Position numbers and translations under genes: made by a program. Shown here in pieces: positions 25,401-48,990 of a stretch of 48,990 bases of DNA. The stretch comes from Octopus bimaculoides (lineage: Eukaryota). The stretch lies in contig NC_069001.1 in the NCBI RefSeq assembly GCF_001194135.2, positions 8,471,224 through 8,520,213 on the forward strand, given 5' to 3'. Position 1 is the stretch's first letter; each line of letters opens with the position of its first letter. The notes below the pieces were generated by a model, which saw only the letters and a list, made by a program, of their open reading frames with translations, ran no database searches and had not been told where the DNA came from.

Positions 25401-27443
25401 TTAGTATCTTGTTGCTGTTCTGGTTTGCTCTATGTCAGCTTTGATATGACAAACTACATATCAAAGGGGATCTAGTTGTGACAATCCAGTTTTTTTGTAT
25501 ATGAGCACTACATTGTCCAATGTTTCTTTCCCATTTTAAGGTTGTATGGTGTGATTCAAGGTATATTTGTCTGCTGTTTCTAACAAGTTGAGGACCATAT
25601 AGTTTGTTGGCTTATTGGAATCTTGTAATTTGATAATGCTTCATAACGACTTTTGGTAATTGCACTACTCAAAGCATCTAGCCAATGAATAACTCTCTAC
25701 ATGGTCTTTGACTGCTAGATATAGCAGTCAAATCTCTATCAAACAAACATCAGAAACAACAATAAAACCAGCACCAACCATGTTGATAAAAACCTTAGCC
25801 ATGACTGTCAAACATCATTTATGCACCAACAAAGAAACATCTATGTGATCTCTTGACTGGATAGAAACAACAGCCAAATCTCCTTCATATCTCATCCTAC
25901 TATCTTGATAAAGGGAAGCTCATACCCTTCAAGAATGTACCCATGAACTTCACAGTCCTTCCAAAGCAGTGCCCTTAGCTTTCACTGGCCATCTGAGTTG
26001 TCCATTGAACTTCTTTATCACACACCATGCCTGCACCTATTGTAAAATATTCTTCATATATTTTTGGCTCTTGTATATTACAGAATTGATGCCCTTATCA
26101 GTGGTATGGACCTCTTGATTGGAGAATTGTCAACAGATATCAAGGATTTTGTACATACATTCAGGTATAGAGATGTCAAGTTTATTCCTTTCTATTCTTC
26201 CTCTTATTTTTTTGTTTATTCTCTCATACTACAATGGATTCCTAACAGAGTCATTTGCTTGCAGTCTACCATGAAAGCATGTCTGGGTTGTTTGTTGTTC
26301 AATAGAGTTGGAGATTATTGCCTCATTTGGGAAACTAGTGGGTTTGGTGATAGGAAGGGCACCCAGCTGTAAAAAAAAAAAAATCCTTTGCCCCCAACAT
26401 TTTTGTGAATAGAAGTATAATGTTATTTTGTTGTTTGATCAATAAAACCAGTACATTATGTTTTATTTCACAGCTTTAACATCAAATGACCACCGTAATT
26501 TTCTTTCTTTTAACAGTTTAGTGAATACTAACATTGTCCTGAAGACAAGAGAGTGGGATATTGCTGCTATTTTCATTATTATTTTGTAAGTATTTCATCT
26601 ATCTGATAAAAACAAAAGACAATAATAATAATATTTTTAGTATCTGTACTGCTGAAGCAATACAGATAATAATATTAATAATGATAATCCTTTCTACTAT
26701 AGGCACAAAACCTGAAATTTTGGGGGAGAGGGTTAGTCACTTACATTGACTCCAGTACACAACTGGTACTCATTTGATCAACCCGAAACAAATGAAAGGC
26801 AAAGTTGACCTCTGAACATAAAAACAGACGAAATGCCACTTTTTACCTGGCAGGCTAACAGTTCTGCCAGTTCGCCACCTCAGCAGCAGCAGCAGTAGCA
26901 GTAGTAGTAGTAGTAGTAGTAGTAACTCTACTTTTGGCACGAGGCCATAAATTTTAGGAAGTGGAGAATGGTTGATTACATCCATCCCCAGCACTTAATT
27001 GGTACTTTATTTTTATCAATCCTAAACAGATGAAAGGCTAAGTTTGATCCTGGCGGGATTTGAAACTGTTGTTTCTCCTCCCATTATCCCACCAGTCTCG
27101 AAGCTCCTGAAAAGATCAAGTGCACTGCCCTTCCTTCACTGACTTAGCCAAAAACATTTTTTTTTTTAAACAAGACTCATGGTAACTTAGTACTAACATA
27201 AGTATTGTTTATACTACCAATCAAAAATTACATTCTTCTGTCATACATTGCTCTTTCTCTCTTTCTCTCTCTCAGTTTCTTTTTTTCTTTTCTATCTTAA
27301 GGTTGTCCAAGAAAACAGCCAAACTTGAAACTGGACTACAGAAACCAAATATTCGAAAGAAATTCAACAACATTTTGCAGAAATTTGATCTGTCCTTACT
27401 CGAAGCTCAAACACTTGTGGCTGAGAAACTGTTGGTACTATGA
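19354..27443 (+). CDS. RPAP2: RNA polymerase II-associated protein 2 (Rtr1/RPAP2 CTD Ser5 phosphatase), complete, 653 aa; join of 19354-19421, 20586-20697, 21326-21424, 22474-22539, 23379-23506, 24076-25174, 25289-25386, 26084-26164, 26517-26585, 27302-27443
   Basis: 1962 nt open from ATG to TGA across GT-AG junctions. Rtr1/RPAP2 zinc domain YHDICEERAIVKLCAYPIC...[25 protein letters not shown]; C-terminal LPNVDS..Q..LRR and TF.L...NI...EW motifs. Confidence 0.95.
19724..20010 (+). mobile_element. tRNA-headed SINE, family D, internally deleted
   Basis: A-box TGGCCCAGTGG and partial B-box GGTTTCGATT; body repeated in part at 20330-20475. Confidence 0.7.
20586..20697 (+). CDS. RPAP2: RPAP2 exon 2 KEMEEQVRKR...QLKDM
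   Basis: 112 nt; EERAFRIVMKLVE motif; donor ATG|GTGGGT. Confidence 0.88.
20760..21110 (+). mobile_element. SINE family C doublet (tail plus full copy)
   Basis: B-box-like ctgagttcagtttcc; copies joined by (ATT)n. Confidence 0.75.
21326..21424 (+). CDS. RPAP2: RPAP2 exon 3 AHFLMPNHYHDICEERAIVKLCAYPICANNLPN
   Basis: 99 nt; first two Zn-ligand cysteines; donor GTAAGT. Confidence 0.95.
21740..22235 (+). mobile_element. Decayed RTE-like LINE C-terminal fragment, partly duplicated in tandem
   Basis: Remnants of QLRFLGHIMR..GLE..VMT.KIEGK and WTDKVSNDE; the ggaaactgctt...gagatttcttggtcat segment occurs twice. Confidence 0.6.
22474..22539 (+). CDS. RPAP2: RPAP2 exon 4 [22 protein letters not shown]
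   Basis: 66 nt; [15 protein letters not shown] motif; ttgcag / GTAAGA. Confidence 0.95.
23379..23506 (+). CDS. RPAP2: RPAP2 exon 5 IFCSNRCFKHS...END
   Basis: 128 nt; FCSxxC Zn ligands; donor AA|GTAAGT. Confidence 0.95.
24076..25174 (+). CDS. RPAP2: RPAP2 exon 6, large acidic and Ser-rich region
   Basis: 1099-nt open exon containing supplied ORF 24116-25180; acceptor ttttgcag, donor AAG|GTTTGA; phases match the flanking exons. Confidence 0.92.
25289..25386 (+). CDS. RPAP2: RPAP2 exon 7 IDENESSLVLPNVDSYSQVTLRRSIFLQQLGK
   Basis: 98 nt; LP.VDS..Q..RR motif; donor GTAAGT. Confidence 0.92.
26084..26164 (+). CDS. RPAP2: RPAP2 exon 8 RIDALISG...FVHTF
   Basis: 81 nt, phase 2-2; ttacag / GTATAG. 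Confidence 0.85.
26517..26585 (+). CDS. RPAP2: RPAP2 exon 9 SLVNTNIVLKTREWDIAAIFIII
   Basis: 69 nt, phase 2-2; NI....EW motif; donor GTAAGT. Confidence 0.88.
26685..27065 (-). mobile_element. SINE family C doublet
   Basis: Two head-to-tail copies joined by (CAG)n(TAG)n. Confidence 0.75.
27302..27443 (+). CDS. RPAP2: RPAP2 terminal exon LSKKTAKLETG...KLLVL*
   Basis: Long pyrimidine tract before ttaag; in frame to TGA at 27441-27443. Confidence 0.82.
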
Positions 27444-27577
27444 TGGCTCTTTCTGTACAAAATGTAATATTTATGACTATACTAGAAATGGAAACATTTG
27501 TGACTGAAATACTCAATTTGATGATGGATCACTGCATTCAAAATTGTACATTGTTTTGCTTACTGTGACAGTAAATT

Positions 27578-27583
27578 AATAAA
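27578..27583 (+). terminator. Candidate polyadenylation signal AATAAA of RPAP2
   Basis: AATAAA about 135 nt after the stop codon, followed by GT/T-rich sequence. Confidence 0.5.
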
Positions 27584-27766
27584 CTGTATTCAATTGGTCG
27601 GACGTTGTTGTCTAGTTTGTTTCATCTGACAGAAATGTTTACAGAGTATTCTGGAATATGATTGGTAAGGTGTTTACTGCTGCTTGCGATAGAAAATTTA
27701 TTTTAGATTCTCAGTGATGCTTGGTAGAAATGTTTTTGCACTGCCTGTATTAGAAATATTTACAGT

Positions 27767-28159
27767 AGGCGCAGGAGTGGCTGTGTGGTAAGTAGCTTGC
27801 TTACCAACCACATGGTTCCGGGTTAATTCCCACTGCGTGGAACCTTGGGCAAGTGTCTCCTACTATAGCCTCGGACCGACCAAAGCCTTGTGAGTGGATT
27901 TGGTAGACGGAAACTGAAAGCCCATCGTATATATGTATATGTGTGTGTGTTTGTCCCCCTAGCATTGCTTGACAACCGATGCTGGTGTGTTTATGTCCCC
28001 GTAACTTAGCGGTTCGGCAAAAAGAGACCGATAGAATAAGTACTAGGCTTCCAAAGAATAAGTCCTGGGGTCGATTTGTTCGACTAAAGGCGGTGCTCCA
28101 GCATGGCCGCAGTCAAAATGACTGAAACAAGTAAAAGATGAAAGAGATAGATAGATAGA
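27767..28159 (+). mobile_element. tRNA-headed SINE, family A, near full length
   Basis: Head ggcgcaggagtggctgtgtggtaag...ggttccgggtt, body ccaaagccttgtgagtggatttggtagacggaaactg, tail gactgaaacaagtaaaag; homologous segments recur across the window. Confidence 0.85.
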
Positions 28160-28304
28160 NNNNNNNNNNNNNNNNNNNNNNNNNNNNNNNNNNNNNNNNN
28201 NNNNNNNNNNNNNNNNNNNNNNNNNNNNNNNNNNNNNNNNNNNNNNNNNNNNNNNNNNNNNNNNNNNNNNNNNNNNNNNNNNNNNNNNNNNNNNNNNNNN
28301 NNNN

Positions 28305-28562
28305 AAGAAGCCCGTCGTATATATGTATGTATATATGTATATGTGTGTGTGTTTGTCCCCCTAGCATTGCTTGACAACCGATGCTGGTGTGTTTATGTCC
28401 CCGTAACTTAGCGGTTCGGCAAAAAGAGACCGATAGAATAAGTACTAGGCTTCCAAAGAATAAGTCCTGGGGTCGATTTGTTCGACTAAAGGCGGTGCTC
28501 CAGCATGGCCGCAGTCAAAATGACTGAAACAAGTAAAAGATGAAAGAGATAGATAGATAGAT
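28305..28562 (+). repeat. Second, near-identical copy of the SINE A 3' half after the N-gap
   Basis: Essentially identical to 27917-28159, including the (AGAT)n tail. Confidence 0.85.
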
Positions 28563-28963
28563 AAACAAACAGCTAGAAAAATAGGCAGGCAGACAGACAG
28601 ACAGACAAAGTACAAGTTCTCTATTCCAGTTCTCCTCTAAAGATATTGCATATTCATATGAATGTGAGGTGACGGGGGTGTCTGTGTAAGTAGGAGGGGA
28701 GGGAGGCAATAAGTTTTCTTCAGCCACACCTCCAGCGCTGACACGCAGATACATATTTACGCTCTCTCTCTTTCTCTATCTCCCCCTCCCTCCCTCCAAG
28801 ACAACTTGGCATGAAGCAACTCTGTGATTGGTACAATCTTTACATACCTTCTTTATATTCCTTTCTTATGACCTTCGTTCAAACACAAACCCTGCCAAGG
28901 CATAACAAGAGAAATAAACTTTATGCGATCTTGTTTTTCACCCAAAGATGTCTAGCGAAATCC

Positions 28964-28985
28964 CACCACCACCACCACCACCACT

Positions 28986-29055
<70 letters not shown>

Positions 29056-29800
29056 NNNNNNNNNNNNNNNNNNNNNNNNNNNNNNNNNNNNNNNNNNNNN
29101 NNNNNNNNNNNNNNNNNNNNNNNNNNNNNNNNNNNNNNNNNNNNNNNNNNNNNNNNNNNNNNNNNNNNNNNNNNNNNNNNNNNNNNNNNNNNNNNNNNNN
29201 NNNNNNNNNNNNNNNNNNNNNNNNNNNNNNNNNNNNNNNNNNNNNNNNNNNNNNNNNNNNNNNNNNNNNNNNNNNNNNNNNNNNNNNNNNNNNNNNNNNN
29301 NNNNNNNNNNNNNNNNNNNNNNNNNNNNNNNNNNNNNNNNNNNNNNNNNNNNNNNNNNNNNNNNNNNNNNNNNNNNNNNNNNNNNNNNNNNNNNNNNNNN
29401 NNNNNNNNNNNNNNNNNNNNNNNNNNNNNNNNNNNNNNNNNNNNNNNNNNNNNNNNNNNNNNNNNNNNNNNNNNNNNNNNNNNNNNNNNNNNNNNNNNNN
29501 NNNNNNNNNNNNNNNNNNNNNNNNNNNNNNNNNNNNNNNNNNNNNNNNNNNNNNNNNNNNNNNNNNNNNNNNNNNNNNNNNNNNNNNNNNNNNNNNNNNN
29601 NNNNNNNNNNNNNNNNNNNNNNNNNNNNNNNNNNNNNNNNNNNNNNNNNNNNNNNNNNNNNNNNNNNNNNNNNNNNNNNNNNNNNNNNGCACACACCATC
29701 ACCGCCACAGAACACCATCACCACCACAAAACACCATCACCACCACCACCACCACCACAAAGCACCGGCACTGCTAACACCACCACCACCACCACAAAAC
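28964..29800. repeat. (CAC)n/(AAC)n tract interrupted by N-gap 29056-29688
   Basis: Visible simple repeat on both sides of the gap. Confidence 0.9.
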
Positions 29801-29975
29801 ATCAACAATATCACCGCCTCCACGATCGCCTACAACTTCAGTTTTCTCTGAAGCAAAACTTTCTCAAATTCGCTTTCGTTTCTTTCTTTCTCTCTTTCCC
29901 TTACTATCTCTCTCTCAATCTCTCTCTCTCGCCCTTTCTCTCACTCTCCACACTCGCATCGACTGTGTAGCTGCG

Positions 29976-29985
29976 TATATAAAAG
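29976..29985 (+). promoter_or_regulatory. Candidate TATA box upstream of HGD (TATATAAAAG)
   Basis: Consensus TATA about 325 nt upstream of the ATG, with an AGATAA GATA motif near 30004; the TSS is unknown. Confidence 0.3.
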
Positions 29986-30300
29986 GGCTTCTTTTAACTG
30001 CCTAGATAAAGGACCTGGAACCCAAAAAAGACGCAAAAATAAAAAAGAAGGAAGCGAAGAAAAATACAAGCAAAATAGATTGTTAAACCCTGCTCCCATT
30101 CTAAATATAGGGAGCATTTTGCTGTAAACCCATTTTTCTTACCAATTTCAACAGTTGGAGAAGATACGATACATACATATATATATTTATATAATACCCG
30201 AAGGGTTGTGTTTTCAAGTATTTTTCTATCAACGAAGTTCGTTCTTACACTCGATCGTTCGTCCCTTTCTCAGAGGTCAGGTTAGCCCAGTTACATCGAC

Positions 30301-46569
<16,269 letters not shown>

Positions 46570-48174
46570 GTATGTACACAGACTTATGAGTATTTTTTCA
46601 TTTTTTCCTTTTTTCTCCAGTCCCAGCACTCATAAGGTCGGTTACCCAGTTCCCATGGCCTATAGGTGACTGGGATCCTGGGGGTAACAGCGGTTCTCCG
46701 GAAAAGAACACCGAACCGTTGCATGGTTCAAGGATATATATATATGTGTGTGTGAGTGTGTGTGTGTGTATGTTTGTAATATATGTATGTATATATATAT
46801 AATATATATGTAATATATATATATATATATGTGTGTATATACACACATACATACATACGTATATTTGTGTATATAATATATGCATATATATATATATATA
46901 TATATATATANNNNNNNNNNNNNNNNNNNNNNNNNNNNNNNNNNNNNNNNNNNNNNNNNNNNNNNNNNNNNNNNNNNNNNNNNNNNNNNNNNNNNNNNNN
47001 NNNNNNNNNNNNNNNNNNNNNNNNNNNNNNNNNNNNNNNNNNNNNNNNNNNNNNNNNNNNNNNNNNNNNNNNNNNNNNNNNNNNNNNNNNNNNNNNNNNN
47101 NNNNNNNNNNNNNNNNNNNNNNNNNNNNNNNNNNNNNNNNNNNNNNNNNNNNNNNNNNNNNNNNNNNNNNNNNNNNNNNNNNNNNNNNNNNNNNNNNNNN
47201 NNNNNNNNNNNNNNNNNNNNNNNNNNNNNNNNNNNNNNNNNNNNNNNNNNNNNNNNNNNNNNNNNNNNNNNNNNNNNNNNNNNNNNNNNNNNNNNNNNNN
47301 NNNNNNNNNNNNNNNNNNNNNNNNNNNNNNNNNNNNNNNNNNNNNNNNNNNNNNNNNNNNNNNNNNNNNNNNNNNNNNNNNNNNNNNNNNNNNNNNNNNN
47401 NNNNNNNNNNNNNNNNNNNNNNNNNNNNNNNNNNNNNNNNNNNNNNNNNNNNNNNNNNNNNNNNNNNNNNNNNNNNNNNNNNNNNNNNNNNNNNNNNNNN
47501 NNNNNNNNNNNNNNNNNNNNNNNNNNNNNNNNNNNNNNNNNNNNNNNNNNNNNNNNNNNNNNNNNNNNNNNNNNNNNNNNNNNNNNNNNNNNNNNNNNNN
47601 NNNNNNNNNNNNNNNNNNNNNNNNNNNNNNNNNNNNNNNNNNNNNNNNNNNNNNNNNNNNNNNNNNNNNNNNNNNNNNNNNNNNNNNNNNATATTTTGGT
47701 CAAAATAGCTGAGAGGCGGCTGAAAGTTTAACATTCCTTTCAAATATTTAGGAAGTTTTTTTATCATTTAGATAACGAAAAAGAAAAGGTTTCTTAGCGA
47801 TAAGACAGTCATTAATTAATGTAAAACACATCAGGTGTGGATTATATTTGCTGAGAAAGGAGGTATGCAATGATATTATGCGACCTCCCCACTGAGATTA
47901 TGCACTACCAATGTGATATTTTGGCTTGTTTTCAATATTTTAGTGTTAGTAACATTTATTCAAGTCAATTAACACATAAAGCGAGACGGGTGACAATCGT
48001 GGCCGTGTGGCACAGGTCGACAGGCTCAGATAGATGAATTTTAAGTTATGGGTGTTTGTTGGGATCTAATGTCACTCAAAAACCGCCCCAGCCTGAATGA
48101 AAGAGGACAATTTGTTCATCTAATATTTTTACAGATGATGTAAAACTTGCCACCATTTTATATTAAGAAGATAT

Positions 48175-48390
48175 ACTCTATTACTCTTTTACTTGTTTCA
48201 GTCATTTTGACTGCGGCCATGCTGGAGCACCGCCTTTAGTCGAGTAAATCAATCGACCCCAGGACTTATTCTTTGTAAGCCTAGTACTTATTTTATCGGT
48301 CTGTTTTTTGCCGAACCGCTAATTTACGAGGACGTAAACATACCAGCATCGGTTGTCAAGCGATGTTGCGGAGACAAACACAGACACACA
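48175..48390 (-). mobile_element. SINE family A 3' half
   Basis: Reverse complement of the 27950-28135 segment. Confidence 0.8.
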
Positions 48391-48417
48391 AATATATATA
48401 TACATATATATATATAT

Positions 48418-48708
48418 ATCATCGTCGTTTAACGTCCGCTTTCCATGCTAGCATGGGTTGGTCGATTTGACTGTGGACTGGTGGACCAGGAGGCGACACC
48501 AGGCTCCAATCTGATTTGGCAGAGTTTCTAGAGCTAGATACCCTTCCTATAGCCAACCACTCCGTGAGTGTAGTGTGTGCTTTTACGTGTCACCGGCACG
48601 AAGGCCAGTCAGGCGGTACTGGCAACGGCCACGCTCGAAATGGTATATTTTACGTGTCACCTACACAGGAGCCAGTCCATCGGCACTGGCAACGATCTCG
48701 CTCGAACG
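48418..48708 (-). mobile_element. Family B repeat copy
   Basis: Reverse complement of 7575-7865. Confidence 0.8.
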
Positions 48709-48990
48709 TCTTAATATATATATATGTTATTTATATATATGTAATATATATAGGCATATAATATATATATACATATATATATGTGTGTGTGTGTGTATAT
48801 ATACATATATACATGCATAATACGTATATACATCCATACACCTGTTTGTGTGTGTGTGCACATATGTGGACCTACGTCAATTGCGTGTGTGCAAATATAT
48901 AATTTTTAACGGCGGAAGGGAGATAAATCGTGAAACTTGTGAAAATAGTTTCATTTTTACCACGTAAAATTGTGCTAAAAATAGAAGTCA

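Noticed and set aside
28938-29970. Long ORFs in the track (for example 28948-29970, 38103-39115, 46598-47767, 5747-6601)
   Set aside because: They are open only because N-gaps and simple repeats contain no stop codons.
47691-48990. HGD exon 13 (NCMSEFMG...)
   Set aside because: No such sequence found by eye in this interval; it must lie in gap 46911-47690 or beyond the window.

Overview
AT-rich, microsatellite- and SINE-dense eukaryotic scaffold with seven N-gaps. The repeat content looks like an octopod cephalopod genome, which is an inference. Most supplied ORFs are artefacts of gaps or simple repeats; the real genes are spliced and were rebuilt by hand from GT-AG sites and reading-frame continuity. 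Three multi-exon genes are supported. (1) GTF3C5 (TFIIIC subunit 5), minus strand: 8 coding exons, 3959-18241, with the 3' exons not visible. (2) RPAP2 (Rtr1-type RNA Pol II CTD phosphatase), plus strand: 10 exons, 19354-27443, complete at 653 aa and head-to-head with GTF3C5. (3) HGD (homogentisate 1,2-dioxygenase), plus strand: coding exons 1-12, 30301-46569, with exons 13-14 not visible. Introns carry tRNA-headed SINEs, RTE- and CR1-like LINE remnants, a hAT-type MITE with an 8-bp TSD and Penelope-like termini. The most interesting leads are an HGD with several substitutions in normally strongly conserved motifs despite human-identical intron positions, an inverted-repeat hairpin and a GC-rich double hairpin in HGD introns, degenerate hammerhead-like motifs in GTF3C5 introns, and a 6-nt first coding exon at a bidirectional promoter. 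No wholly new biological system can be proven from sequence alone. Human residue numbers and exon sizes are recalled from memory and need checking.
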